Source of the DNA: Patescibacteria group bacterium
GTDB lineage: Bacteria > Patescibacteriota > Minisyncoccia > UBA6257 > 2-01-FULL-56-20
Length of the DNA stretch: 64,000 bases
NCBI GenBank assembly: GCA_038063755.1
Contig: JBBTUL010000013.1
Span: 12,876 to 76,875, forward strand
Direction: 5' to 3'
The first letter of the stretch is position 1, and each line of letters opens with the position of its first letter. The notes below the pieces were generated by a model, which was not told the DNA's origin, did not search any database, and saw only the letters and a program-made list of their open reading frames with translations. Made by a program: the position numbers and the translations under genes. Of this stretch, positions 26,764 to 37,054 are shown one piece after another.

Positions 26764-28698
26764 TTACAGCTTGTAAATAAATATCGAAGTTCCGGCACGG
26801 TAGTCGGGGACGGGGGCTCCTCCTAGGCCGGGCTCCCATTTTCTTCCCTTGGTGAGCCATGAGTATTCATCAGCAGGATTTCTTACGAAGCCGTTTGTGC
26901 TTACAACGGGCTGGATAGATCCCTGAATTGAGTTTATAGAAACTGCGAACCATTCGATACCAGCATCTTTTGGATTTCCGCGCGATGACCACCAGCTCTC
27001 AGTGCGGCCGCCGAGATAATACGCAGGATCCCCGCCGCCGAAATAATCAAGGGCGATCTTCTTTACTTCCGGGCGAAGGTCGGCCCACCTTTTTAGGTTC
27101 AGCAGATCTTGTCCCCAGTCATAGTTTGAGTCCGTCACATATCGATATCCTCCCCAGGTTCCCTTTCCAAACTGGTTGAAGTATGAGAGGAAATTTGGCG
27201 CAATCATGATCGTTTCAAACACAAGCCAAAGCATGAGGGCGAAAATAAAAGATCCGCGAAGCGAAGCGCGAGCAAAAGACCTTATAAAGGACCAGAACAC
27301 CTGCAATCGTGATTCGGCGTACGGGATTTCAATGTTCGCAACGGACTTTCTCCAGAAATTTGCCGCAAGAATATAAAGAAGCGGCAGACTTGGGAAGAGG
27401 TGTCTAAAACCGATATTTAACGGGCTTTTCATGCTGTAGACCCAGTAAAGAACGACGAAAGAGGCGATCGAAAACTCCGTAAAGTGATTTTTAAGATAGT
27501 CAACGAATATGACTCCGGTCCGCCTACCGTATTTCCAAAGTGTTTTTGTGTTTCGAACAAGCGTGGTTATGAGCCAGCTTAAAACCAGAATAAGAATTGG
27601 AATCGGCTCTTTGAGCAGGTAGACGACAGGGAAGTACCAGCGCGAACCCTCGTTCGAGACTGTCCCCAGGAAGTAATTCGTATTTCCTCCCGCGGCACGC
27701 TGTACCACCATCAGGACGCCGATCATATATTCGGCAAGAGGTCGAGTCACCGCGTTCTTCGACATCCAGATATTTAAATCTGCGATGCAGCGAACTGGTT
27801 TACAGACTTGTCCTTGAGGAGTCGGACCTTCCGCAAATGATCGGAGGATATATGTCGTATCAGCCACTTGCCGATCAATCGGGTATTTGGCAGTAAAAAG
27901 GAAATAGACCGGATAAACAATGAGTACATAACCGATAGCGAATACAGCTATCGTTCGCAGGACATCTTTTAAGACTGCGCGGAGGCGATTTTTCCAGCCG
28001 AATTGTTCGCGGAGGAAAAGCGCGTAGACAACAGCCAAGAATCCGAACAGCGGAATAAGAAGCACCGCGGAAAATTTCATAAGTTCGGCGATGCCGAAAG
28101 CTATACTTCCCGCAAGAAGTGATTTCCACGATGGCGCGCGGAGCATCTTAACGAAAAAGTATGTTCCGAGGATGATGCCGAGGGCCGCGCCAACATCCGT
28201 GGTCACATATTCTCCGTGCGCGAGGAATGATGGCGAGAAGCCAAGCATGAGTGTTGGGAGGAGCGCCCAAAGGGGCCCCATGAGCTCCCTGCTCCAAACG
28301 TAGACAAGGATAAGCAGGAGTATAAAAAGAAGCATTGGACCTAGTCGAGAAACGCGCACGATAAGGTCAGGATCGTTTCCGGAGCCATACAAAAACGCTC
28401 TTCCCATGTCCCATTGTCCGTTTATGGCCGTAGTCCAAGCGGTGATTTCGGTTGGGAATTTGAGATCGTAGAAAAGAAGGGGAAGCGCCGCGATAGCTTT
28501 TATGAGCGGCGGGTGCTCAGGATTCAGTCGGAAGTCAAAGTATTTTACGTATGAATACCCCGACGGAATGTGCGCAAGTTCGTCCATGACCGCGCTGCTT
28601 TGTCTCGAGGCAAAGAGCATGAGACTAAAGGACGAGCAAACAATGAATATAAGGGCAATCAAACCAAGCCTTCGGCCGATGCGAGTTGTTTCATTCAT
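26764..28698 (-). CDS. GT-C fold membrane glycosyltransferase (GT39/ArnT-like)
   Basis: Multi-TM; DE motif, LNPEHPPL, TTD, GFRH, DSNYDWGQDL. Confidence 0.82.
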   Translation of the reverse strand: MNETTRIGRRLGLIALIFIVCSSFSLMLFASRQSSAVMDELAHIPSGYSYVKYFDFRLNPEHPPLIKAIAALPLLFYDLKFPTEITAWTTAINGQWDMGRAFLYGSGNDPDLIVRVSRLGPMLLFILLLILVYVWSRELMGPLWALLPTLMLGFSPSFLAHGEYVTTDVGAALGIILGTYFFVKMLRAPSWKSLLAGSIAFGIAELMKFSAVLLIPLFGFLAVVYALFLREQFGWKNRLRAVLKDVLRTIAVFAIGYVLIVYPVYFLFTAKYPIDRQVADTTYILRSFAEGPTPQGQVCKPVRCIADLNIWMSKNAVTRPLAEYMIGVLMVVQRAAGGNTNYFLGTVSNEGSRWYFPVVYLLKEPIPILILVLSWLITTLVRNTKTLWKYGRRTGVIFVDYLKNHFTEFSIASFVVLYWVYSMKSPLNIGFRHLFPSLPLLYILAANFWRKSVANIEIPYAESRLQVFWSFIRSFARASLRGSFIFALMLWLVFETIMIAPNFLSYFNQFGKGTWGGYRYVTDSNYDWGQDLLNLKRWADLRPEVKKIALDYFGGGDPAYYLGGRTESWWSSRGNPKDAGIEWFAVSINSIQGSIQPVVSTNGFVRNPADEYSWLTKGRKWEPGLGGAPVPDYRAGTSIFIYKL

Positions 28699-28752
28699 GT
28701 CTATATTTTATCACATCGCAAAACACCGCATCATGGGATATCATGGTAGTAC

Positions 28753-30801
28753 ATGCCAGAGAAAGTAAGCAGGAAAAATATCAACAGAGAGGTCCGAGAC
28801 ATCAAAAATCCTCAAAGCGTTGAAAAACGGATGCAATCGCGCGAAGAAAAGGTTCGTGAGCGCGCCGAAACATTGGACGAGAAGGCGGGAGTTGTTTTAA
28901 AAAGGCTTCCGCTTGAGATAGAAGAAGCGAAGCTCTATGATCCGCCGCGAAATCCGAACAAGAGAATGGTCATTTTTCTTACGGTTTTCCTTGTGTTGGC
29001 CATTTCTCTGGGATCGTTTGCGTGGTGGTTCGGCGGTGCGGTTAGAAAACTGGAGTCCATTCGTTTCCTCGCCGAGGAAAACGCCAGAAATCTCAACCCT
29101 TTGGCCTCAGAAGGCGGATCGGCAGGAAACGTTTCCGTGAAGAGCTTTTTAGGGAAAGTTCAATTACTCAAATTCGCAAAAGAGATACCGACGTTATATA
29201 GGACAGTTGCTGGTCTTTCGGTTTCTATGGATCGCATTTCGAGGGAGATACAAGCATTCGAAGATGGGTTTCCAAATGTCCTTTTCGGAAAAGGAAGCGT
29301 TGCTTTTACGGATATCCTAGCAAGCGTGAGGGACAGCCTTCGGGATATCGAGAAGCTTTCAGCAGAAATTCTTTCGCGAGATTCCGCGTTGCGGGAATAT
29401 CTCCCGCAGTCTGAAGGCTATCTTTCGTGGAGCGGGCATCTTTCGCGTTCGATTCAGCTCCTGGAAAGCACCATTACAACTTTCGCGAGCGCCGAGCCTC
29501 GCCACATCTTTATCATTTTCCAAAACAACTCGGAGATGCGTCCAACGGGTGGATTTTGGGGAAGTTTTGCCGATGCGAAGATTAAGGGAGGGAAGATAGA
29601 GAAGCTTATCGTCTACGACATAAATGAGCTTAATCGAACTGACGTGCGAAATATAATCCCCCCAAAGCCGCTTCAGGTGATCGCATCTCGATGGCGAGCC
29701 GCGGATGCAAATTGGTTTTTTTCTTATGCTGACTCAGCGGCTAAGTTTTCCGAATTCGCGAAAGCATCGGGACTTTTCGACGGCGCTTCGACGACCGTTG
29801 ATGCGGTGATCGCCGTCTCTCCGGGGCTCGTTTCAGACATATTGAAGATTACTGGACCAATCGAAATTTCAACCGGGACGGTGATCACAAACGAAAACTT
29901 TCTTGTTTCTATTCAGGAGGAAGTTCAGGAGGGACAGGCGAAGAAAGAAAAAGAGCCGAAACGAGTACTCAAAGAACTGCTTCCGATGCTTGTCGAGCGA
30001 ATTGGAGAAGTTTCTGATAAAGAAAAGATTTTTGAGCTTATTCCTTCGTGGCTTCAAGAAAGAGACATCATGATTTGGGCGAGCGATCCGTCTGTGGAAA
30101 AGATATTCGCATACTACGGGGCTGATGGAGGCGTTTTTCAGCCACCACGGCTTTTCTCGGGTGACTATCTGGCGGTTGTTCCGGCAAACATCGGAGGAGC
30201 GAAGACCGATCTCTACATAACGCAGGATGTAAAGCTTGACAGCAACATAGATGAATCAGGTCTCATCACGAACCGCCTCGAAATAAAGCGAACTCATGGC
30301 GGAAACAAGGCCGTGCAATGGTGGTACCGAGAGCCCAACCAGGCGTACATGCGCGTTTTCGTTCCGCGAGACGCGCGGCTTCTTGATGCAACCGGCGGAG
30401 TGGCAAAAAAAATAGTTCCAAAGGTGTCGTACAAAAATGGATTCATTGCAGATCCAGACGTTTCTCTGATTGAAGCATCGAGAGAAATCTTCGAGGACTT
30501 CCCGCTCGTTGAAAGGTTTATTGAATCCGGGAAGAGTGTTTTTGCGCTCTGGACAAGGGTTGAAAGGGGAAAGTCGACGAAAATAACATTCGAATATTCA
30601 CGACGTCTTTCTGGCGCACCTATTTCCGGCGGAACATATGATTTTACCCTTGAAGCGCCTCCTGGCATTTTTGGGTCCTATCACATATCCATAACCGCTC
30701 CTCCTGGTTTTGTTTGGAGCGAAACTGATTCCCCGACATATGGATATACTGGAGACGCAGGTGGGCGAATTACGAAAACATTGACATTTTCGGCAATTTG
30801 A
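28753..30801 (+). CDS. DUF4012 domain membrane-anchored protein
   Basis: TM, FQNNSEMRPTGGF, DANW, GGAKTD, YMRVFVP. Confidence 0.82.
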   Translation: MPEKVSRKNINREVRDIKNPQSVEKRMQSREEKVRERAETLDEKAGVVLKRLPLEIEEAKLYDPPRNPNKRMVIFLTVFLVLAISLGSFAWWFGGAVRKLESIRFLAEENARNLNPLASEGGSAGNVSVKSFLGKVQLLKFAKEIPTLYRTVAGLSVSMDRISREIQAFEDGFPNVLFGKGSVAFTDILASVRDSLRDIEKLSAEILSRDSALREYLPQSEGYLSWSGHLSRSIQLLESTITTFASAEPRHIFIIFQNNSEMRPTGGFWGSFADAKIKGGKIEKLIVYDINELNRTDVRNIIPPKPLQVIASRWRAADANWFFSYADSAAKFSEFAKASGLFDGASTTVDAVIAVSPGLVSDILKITGPIEISTGTVITNENFLVSIQEEVQEGQAKKEKEPKRVLKELLPMLVERIGEVSDKEKIFELIPSWLQERDIMIWASDPSVEKIFAYYGADGGVFQPPRLFSGDYLAVVPANIGGAKTDLYITQDVKLDSNIDESGLITNRLEIKRTHGGNKAVQWWYREPNQAYMRVFVPRDARLLDATGGVAKKIVPKVSYKNGFIADPDVSLIEASREIFEDFPLVERFIESGKSVFALWTRVERGKSTKITFEYSRRLSGAPISGGTYDFTLEAPPGIFGSYHISITAPPGFVWSETDSPTYGYTGDAGGRITKTLTFSAI

Positions 30802-30842
30802 TTGTAGGCTCTCCTTAGCAGTTCAAGAAGGAGGAGGCGAGA

Positions 30843-31268
30843 ATGTTCGACTTTGACTATGGGCCCGGTCGGCGTGGATCATTGTCTACGGGCGTCCTCG
30901 GCACAGAAGACCGTGGAGGATCCGACGTGCTTGATCTTCTTCGCAAGATGACCGAATTTGCGACAGCTTATGTTGCGCAGAAAACTGAAGAAATCAGGAA
31001 ACAAATCACGAGTTACGGGTTTCGTTTTACAGAGACCGTATTTTTGGGATTCCGTTTGGAGCTCGAGGAGGGGAGTCCTACGGTCGTTATTGCGGCGAAG
31101 ACTGGATGTCTTGATCCCCGCCACTTCGCCGAGGCCGACCCATCCAAGATTTCTGACCCGACTGATCTTTGGGAACTTTGGTTGACATCATTCCATCTGC
31201 CGCTTGAAGATGTAATTCGGCAGATTAATTCATCCCCGATCGATCCAGCGACCACCCCGTCTTCATAG
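30843..31268 (+). CDS. Hypothetical protein
   Basis: AAGGAGGAGG SD; terminator overlapping the stop. Confidence 0.65.
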   Translation: MFDFDYGPGRRGSLSTGVLGTEDRGGSDVLDLLRKMTEFATAYVAQKTEEIRKQITSYGFRFTETVFLGFRLELEEGSPTVVIAAKTGCLDPRHFAEADPSKISDPTDLWELWLTSFHLPLEDVIRQINSSPIDPATTPSS

Positions 31269-31280
31269 ACGGGATTTTTT
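31256..31280 (+). terminator. Intrinsic terminator
   Basis: CCCGTCT/AGACGGG + ATTTTTT. Confidence 0.7.
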
Positions 31281-31302
31281 ATTTGCCGCATAATAAGCCC
31301 TG

Positions 31303-33105
31303 ATGGATCATATCAGAAACTTTGTTATTACTGCTCATATTGACCATGGAAAATCAACTTTAGCCGACAGGTTTCTTGAGATTACACACACCGTTGAAGC
31401 GAGGCGGATGCGCGCTCAGTATCTCGACCAGCTTGACCTTGAACGAGAGAGGGGAATCACGATAAAAATGGCTCCCGTACGAATGCGCTATGAGCACAAG
31501 GGAAGGGAGTATATGCTAAACCTTATCGACACTCCGGGACATTCGGATTTTTCATATGAAGTTTCCCGCGCGCTTGCCGCGGTTGAAGGTGCGGTTCTCT
31601 TGGTTGATGTGACAAAAGGGATTCAAGCACAGACGCTTTCGAATTTTCGTGCGGCAAAAAAAGCGGGACTCACTATCATAGGAGCGGTGAACAAGATCGA
31701 CATGCAGTCTGCGAGGACGGAAGAAACGATCATTTCCCTCGCAGAGCTTCTTGAGACGGACCCGGAAAATATTTTCAGGATATCTGCAAAGACAGGAGAT
31801 GGAGTAGAGGAGCTTTTGAAAAAAGTAATCGAGCGCGTTCCCGCTCCGAAGTCAATCGATGGCGAGAAATGCGCTTTCTCACGCGCTCTTATCTTTGACT
31901 CCCTTTACGATGACCATAAAGGAATCCTTGCATACGTCAGGGTTTTCAGTGGAAGCTTTGTTCCACAAAAAGACATGGAACTTATCGCCGGAAACACCAC
32001 CTGCAAGGCGAAGGAGGCCGGATATTTTTCGCCACAGACAACACCGGCAAAAGGACTTTTCGAGGGAGAGATTGGATATATCGCAACGGGGCTTAAAGAA
32101 CCCGAGAAGGTGAGGATCGGAGACACCATCCTTCAGGCGCAGGGCGCGGAGGCTTCTGTCGGGCGAGACAAAAAATACGCACTCGTCGGGTATCGCGATC
32201 CGATATCGGTCGTTTTTATTTCATTTTATCCCGACGGCGCGACGAAATTCGAAGATCTCAAAAAAGGCCTTGACCGGTTACGGCTCACCGATGCAGCTCT
32301 TCAGATCGAGCCGGATGCAAACGAGGCTTTGGGGCGCGGATTAAAAGTTGGTTTTTTGGGGCAGCTGCATTTTGACATCACCGCGAGCAGGCTTGAGCGT
32401 GAGTTCCATCTGTCGTTTCTCACGAGTTTTCCCTCAATCGCATATCGAGTGAAAGATAAGACTGGGGAGCGCATCGTTAAAGAACCGCATGCATTTCCGA
32501 ACGATCCCGACCAGGTATGGGAACCGATGATTGACATGGAAATAGTGGTTCCATCATCCTACCTTCAGTCGGTGCTTGCGCTAAACCAAATATTTGCATT
32601 TGAAGTGAAGGAAATGCACACGCTTGGATCGAACATCCTTCTCGAATGCATTATGCCGCTCGCTGAGCTGGTGCGAGACTTTGATGATCAGCTGAAGTCA
32701 GCTTCCGCCGGATTTGCGTCGTTTAGTTACGAGCTTGGGGCGGAGCGGGAGGCGAACTCGGAAAAGCTCGAAATTCTTGTTGCAGATGAGGTTGTGCCTG
32801 CGCTTACGCGTATTGTTGCGGAAAAAGACATGGAGCGGGAAGCGCGAAATACCGTTGAACGGCTGAAGGATCTCTTGCCGAAAGTACAGTTTGCGCAAGC
32901 AATCCAGGCTCGTGTTCGCGGGAGGATTCTTGCTCGCGAAACGATCGCGGCGTTAAAAAAAGACGTGACTGGGTATCTTTACGGCGGAGATCGAACGAGA
33001 AAAATGAAGCTTTGGAAAAAGCAAAAGAGGGGAAAGTCCGAACTTAAAGAGCGCGGCAGGGTGACGGTTCCGGTTTCGGTTTTTCGCGAAATATTAAAGA
33101 AGTAA
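31303..33105 (+). CDS. lepA: Elongation factor 4
   Basis: AHIDHGKSTLADR, ERERGITIK, DTPGH, GFLG.LH, YGGD.TRK.KL. Confidence 0.96.
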   Translation: MDHIRNFVITAHIDHGKSTLADRFLEITHTVEARRMRAQYLDQLDLERERGITIKMAPVRMRYEHKGREYMLNLIDTPGHSDFSYEVSRALAAVEGAVLLVDVTKGIQAQTLSNFRAAKKAGLTIIGAVNKIDMQSARTEETIISLAELLETDPENIFRISAKTGDGVEELLKKVIERVPAPKSIDGEKCAFSRALIFDSLYDDHKGILAYVRVFSGSFVPQKDMELIAGNTTCKAKEAGYFSPQTTPAKGLFEGEIGYIATGLKEPEKVRIGDTILQAQGAEASVGRDKKYALVGYRDPISVVFISFYPDGATKFEDLKKGLDRLRLTDAALQIEPDANEALGRGLKVGFLGQLHFDITASRLEREFHLSFLTSFPSIAYRVKDKTGERIVKEPHAFPNDPDQVWEPMIDMEIVVPSSYLQSVLALNQIFAFEVKEMHTLGSNILLECIMPLAELVRDFDDQLKSASAGFASFSYELGAEREANSEKLEILVADEVVPALTRIVAEKDMEREARNTVERLKDLLPKVQFAQAIQARVRGRILARETIAALKKDVTGYLYGGDRTRKMKLWKKQKRGKSELKERGRVTVPVSVFREILKK

Positions 33106-33152
33106 GCGAGAACGTTGCCCCATTTTCCTTTCAAGGCTATGCTGAAAGAATC

Positions 33153-33437
33153 ATGATGCGACTCTGGATCCTAATCATTCTTGTTGTTTTTCTTGCACTT
33201 ATCGTTATGCAGATCAGTGCGTTTTGGGAGAAGAGGGGAGATGAGGAGATAAAGCTTGGAGAAACAAAGGCGGCACTCGAAAGAGCGAAGGAGGATCAGG
33301 AAAAACTCGAACGCGATTTCAGTTTTTACCTTCGCCCCGAAAATCTAGAGAAAGAACTTCGTGCAAGGTTTAACTACAAGTTACCGGGTGAAAAAACCAT
33401 AATCTTGATTCCTCAAGAATCCAATGAACAGCCCTAA
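33153..33437 (+). CDS. FtsB/DivIC-like septum formation initiator
   Basis: TM + coiled coil + EKELRARFNY..PGE. Confidence 0.7.
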   Translation: MMRLWILIILVVFLALIVMQISAFWEKRGDEEIKLGETKAALERAKEDQEKLERDFSFYLRPENLEKELRARFNYKLPGEKTIILIPQESNEQP

Positions 33438-34014
33438 GCGGTGTATGTTTCCAAGTTCGACGGCATGGATCGGCTTCGTCGCGATCCTCCTTGTTGTCGG
33501 CGTGATTATCCTTTCCGGTTATTATCCACTCGCCCTAGTTGGACCGACTCCGCTATTCGCAAGGGACGTTTTGCGACGCGAAAAGGCGACGCTTAAAATG
33601 TACGATTTGTTCTCCCAGGCACGAGGCGCGACGAGTACGAATCCTCTCTACCAAGAAAAGGAGCAAATTGTTCGAATTGTTGTAGTAGAACAGCTCATAA
33701 ACGAAAGCCTCGTAAGACGAGAACTCAAAAGACGACTGAGCGACGGGGTCGTTGAAGAGATGGTGCGTGGAATGTTCGGACAAATTAATATTCAAAGGAT
33801 TGTTGAAAGTGCGGGCGAGATTTACGGCGATGACCCCGAAATTATAATAAAGGATGTTCTTGTTCCTCAGGCGCAACAAGATCTTCTTCGCAGCGACCTT
33901 CTTCTCGAAAATAAAAAATTCGACGAGTGGCTGGTTTTGGCTAGGGAGGACGCGAAAGTTTTTATCTTTATGCGAGGGATTGTCTGGGATGGCGCGCACG
34001 CGATAAAGGAATAA
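33424..34014 (+). CDS. SurA N-terminal-like membrane-anchored chaperone
   Basis: TM, YP.ALV, EQLINE.LV..E, FDEWL...R..AKV. Confidence 0.55.
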   Translation: MNSPKRCMFPSSTAWIGFVAILLVVGVIILSGYYPLALVGPTPLFARDVLRREKATLKMYDLFSQARGATSTNPLYQEKEQIVRIVVVEQLINESLVRRELKRRLSDGVVEEMVRGMFGQINIQRIVESAGEIYGDDPEIIIKDVLVPQAQQDLLRSDLLLENKKFDEWLVLAREDAKVFIFMRGIVWDGAHAIKE

Positions 34015-34034
34015 GCCCCTCAGAGGGGCTTATT
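34010..34034. terminator. Bidirectional terminator
   Basis: AATAAGCCCCT/AGGGGCTTATT. Confidence 0.75.
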
Positions 34035-34061
34035 TGACGCGATCTGTGCGAAGGACGTCCC

Positions 34062-34853
34062 TTACTCGATTTCGTATTGCATTTGAACGGTCACGACGAC
34101 ATCTTGCGATCCAGGTTCAATTGCTGGAGCGGCCAAGCTTTCAGCTTTGAGCAACATGTCTCCACCATACCCGCCCCCGCGGCCATAGATCGGCTGGACC
34201 TCTCCCGCCTCTCCCAGGCTAAGCAGGCGTCCGACGCTAAACCCGCCCGCCTTCGCGATCGCCTCGGCTTTTGTGCGAGCCTGTTCGATAGCCTTTGTAC
34301 GAGCTTCTGCGCGAGTTTTTTCAAGGTCGTCTACTTTAAAGCTTAGTCCTGAAACCGAATTCGCCCCTTCTTTTACGACACCCGAGACAATGCCTCCGGC
34401 CTTGCTAAAGTCACGAACCTTGACGGTTACAGACTGGTTTACGACATATCCGACAATTTCTGGCGGAGGACAAGGGGTCGGTTGCGTAGTTAGGACTCCA
34501 GGATTGCAATTATAGTACTGGTAGCGAGGTTCAACGTTGTATCCTTGAGTTTGAATATCTTTCGCGTCGACACCCTCCGACTTTAGGAAAGCATTGGCTT
34601 TATTTATCTTTTCGGTGTTTTCGGCCTGGAGCTTTCCAAGGTCTTTGCCTCCTTGTGTAACAACGCTGAAATTAAATTCGGCAACGTCAGGAACGGTGAT
34701 GACCTTTCCTTCTCCGGTTACCGAAAAACTTCTGAAAGACGACGGTTCGATTGATTTTGAATATGACCTAACGTATCCGGCCGCAGCGAGGGTTAGTCCC
34801 ACAAGAGCGATAATCCCTGCAATGCCTAGATAATTTTTCATTTTTTCTGACAT
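34062..34853 (-). CDS. SIMPL (DUF541) domain protein
   Basis: SVTGEGKV..VPDVA, GAN.VSG..F, IEPGSQ.V.V.V...Y. Confidence 0.92.
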   Translation of the reverse strand: MSEKMKNYLGIAGIIALVGLTLAAAGYVRSYSKSIEPSSFRSFSVTGEGKVITVPDVAEFNFSVVTQGGKDLGKLQAENTEKINKANAFLKSEGVDAKDIQTQGYNVEPRYQYYNCNPGVLTTQPTPCPPPEIVGYVVNQSVTVKVRDFSKAGGIVSGVVKEGANSVSGLSFKVDDLEKTRAEARTKAIEQARTKAEAIAKAGGFSVGRLLSLGEAGEVQPIYGRGGGYGGDMLLKAESLAAPAIEPGSQDVVVTVQMQYEIE

Positions 34854-34958
34854 TTTTTTATTTTATTTCGACTGTTCGTTTATTTTTATTGTAGCGGATG
34901 ATGGTTTTCCTCATAGAGCGAAAAACAACAAGGCTCTCTTGTGTATAAGACGGAGGAG

Positions 34959-35198
34959 CTAGACAATTCTTACGCGTTTTATCTTTGAGGTGTGGCCGGA
35001 TTTGATCTTTACCGACGAGAGAGGAACGGAAAAATGCTTCGCAAGGAGGCGACAGAGGGCTTCGTTCGCCCTTCCTTTTTCTCGTAACGTTTTTACGGAT
35101 GCGCGATAGAACACCCTTCCATTTTCATCGACAAGGGCATCCGATACGTTTTCAGTTTTCGCTCTCGCAGAGACGAGTACGGTGATGTCCATCGTCAT
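34959..35198 (-). CDS. DUF167/YggU family protein
   Basis: GRANEAL..LLA.HF.V..S.V.I.SG.TS.IK. Confidence 0.85.
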   Translation of the reverse strand: MTMDITVLVSARAKTENVSDALVDENGRVFYRASVKTLREKGRANEALCRLLAKHFSVPLSSVKIKSGHTSKIKRVRIV

Positions 35199-35626
35199 AG
35201 ACCGGTTCGCTTCAGGTATGCGTCGAATGCAGAAAAAAGATTTTCGATAACCGGATAGTCTCTGTATTTTAACGGGTCAATCCAGACATATTCGTCGTGG
35301 TCTTCGCTGAGGTGAATATCGGTTCCCGATGCGTCGCAGGCGAAGAAGGTTCGTACGATGTGCCACGTTTCACCACGGACAACTGGCTTTGGTTCCGCAT
35401 CGCTTACAAAAAACGGATCGCCGACAGCAACATGAAGACCAGTTTCTTCAAGCGCCTCTCGAGCGAGTGCTTTTTTGAGATCTTCTCCTGGAGTTATTCT
35501 GCCGCCAGGCAGATCATATTCTTTCGTTCGAGTGCCATCCTTGTACGTTGCCGACTCTCGGATGAGAAGAATCTTCCCGTCATTTCTGATGAATCCCTTC
35601 ACGGCGACGAACAGTCTTACTTCCAT
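35195..35626 (-). CDS. NUDIX hydrolase
   Basis: PGG.....E....ALARE..EETG Nudix box. Confidence 0.92.
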   Translation of the reverse strand: MEVRLFVAVKGFIRNDGKILLIRESATYKDGTRTKEYDLPGGRITPGEDLKKALAREALEETGLHVAVGDPFFVSDAEPKPVVRGETWHIVRTFFACDASGTDIHLSEDHDEYVWIDPLKYRDYPVIENLFSAFDAYLKRTGL

Positions 35627-35632
35627 GACCCG

Positions 35633-36301
35633 CTAAAGAAGCTGAAATTCGTTTATTACAAGGCCAAAGCGGTATCCGAGATATTCCGCCGCTCTGCGGC
35701 AGTAGCTCATGCGCTCTGTGAATATCTCGAAGTATTCGAGTATGGGAACAAACGAGACGTCGATGGTTAGCGAAAGCGTGATTCTTTTCGCTTTGCTGTC
35801 CACGGAAAGATCGGAAGAAAGAGTCCCGTAATTTACTCGGTCGTGAATATCGCCGTTGGTCGCTTCGAGCGACTGCTCTCTGACGCGAGATCGGTCTACG
35901 TCGGACTTGTCTGCAAGGACGAGCACGGCTGCGACCGGATTCGAAAATTTCATGTCCTCTTTGTCGTGATTCGCGATTGCTTGGACTACAGAAACCAGTT
36001 CAGCTGGAGGCAGTTTCTCTTGAAAAACCTGATGAAAAAGAAGTCCTCCCCAGTAGTGATGCTGGGTGCGACCCATGAAATTGCCCATGTCATGGCAAAA
36101 CCCGGCGATTGCGGCAATCTCTTGAGTCCGATCGTCAAGGCCGACTTCGCGCGCAACTTCCCGCGCACGGCGAGCGACAAGGGTGACATGACGGAGGCCA
36201 TGGTTCGTGTACCCTAAAAGTTCGAGCGATCGATCGCTTGCCGATATAAATTCAAGAATTTGAGGATGCTGACTTACCGAATCAAATACAAGCTTGTTCA
36301 T
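35633..36301 (-). CDS. HD-domain phosphohydrolase
   Basis: LGYTNH...H, HDMGN, ILADKSD-like LADKSD, DIHDRVNY. Confidence 0.85.
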   Translation of the reverse strand: MNKLVFDSVSQHPQILEFISASDRSLELLGYTNHGLRHVTLVARRAREVAREVGLDDRTQEIAAIAGFCHDMGNFMGRTQHHYWGGLLFHQVFQEKLPPAELVSVVQAIANHDKEDMKFSNPVAAVLVLADKSDVDRSRVREQSLEATNGDIHDRVNYGTLSSDLSVDSKAKRITLSLTIDVSFVPILEYFEIFTERMSYCRRAAEYLGYRFGLVINEFQLL

Positions 36302-36342
36302 AAGAAATATTATACCTTCTTCTGCTGTGGTATACTATACAC

Positions 36343-36618
36343 ATGGAGACGCTCGTCCATGCTGATGTCTTCTTTTTCGTGACAACCATCGTCGTTGTTC
36401 TTGTCGGGGCGGCAGCTGTGATCTTACTTGTCTATCTTACGCTCATTCTTCGAGATATTCGGGCAGTGATGAAGAGAGCGAAGTGCGAAATCCAGGACCT
36501 TATGGACGATGCAAGGCGATTTCGCGAACATGTAATGGAAAACGGCATCACGCTCGGACAGATAATTTCTTTTTTCCGAATCAAAAGTCAAAAGAGGTCG
36601 AAACAAAAAAATAAATAA
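36343..36618 (+). CDS. Small membrane protein (DUF948-like TM + coiled coil)
   Basis: Long N-terminal TM then amphipathic helix. Confidence 0.7.
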   Translation: METLVHADVFFFVTTIVVVLVGAAAVILLVYLTLILRDIRAVMKRAKCEIQDLMDDARRFREHVMENGITLGQIISFFRIKSQKRSKQKNK

Positions 36619-36631
36619 AATAACACCATTT

Positions 36632-37003
36632 ATGGCAAACAAGAATAAAAAGAAGGTTGTTTTGGGAGTCGGAGTTGCTGCTGCTGCGGCCGTTGCCCTT
36701 GCGGGAGCGTACTTCCTGTACGGCAAGGACGGAGTAAAAAACAGGAAGAAAGTGAAGGGTTGGATGCTTAAGGCGAAGGGAGAAGTGCTCGAAAAGCTTG
36801 AGCAACTTGAACGTGTCACCCCAAAAGTATACGAGGACGTTGTTGCGGGGGTTATGAGCCGCTATAAAAAACTGAAGAGCGTTGATGCGAAGGACCTAGC
36901 GAATCTTTCTCGCGAACTCAAGGCTTCATGGAAGCATGTGTCCGGCGAAAAAAAGGAGAGTGCTGTAAAAAAGCCAAGGAGAGCTTCGCGAAGAAGGGCG
37001 TAA
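36632..37003 (+). CDS. YtxH-like basic membrane-anchored protein
   Basis: AAAAVALAGAYFLYG..G..NR pattern, Lys-rich. Confidence 0.7.
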   Translation: MANKNKKKVVLGVGVAAAAAVALAGAYFLYGKDGVKNRKKVKGWMLKAKGEVLEKLEQLERVTPKVYEDVVAGVMSRYKKLKSVDAKDLANLSRELKASWKHVSGEKKESAVKKPRRASRRRA

Positions 37004-37024
37004 GCGAGCAAAAGATTTCTTTCG

Positions 37025-37051
37025 AAAACCCCGATGTATGATCGGGGTTTT
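37025..37051. terminator. Bidirectional terminator
   Basis: AAAACCCCGAT/ATCGGGGTTTT. Confidence 0.85.
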
Positions 37052-37054
37052 GGT

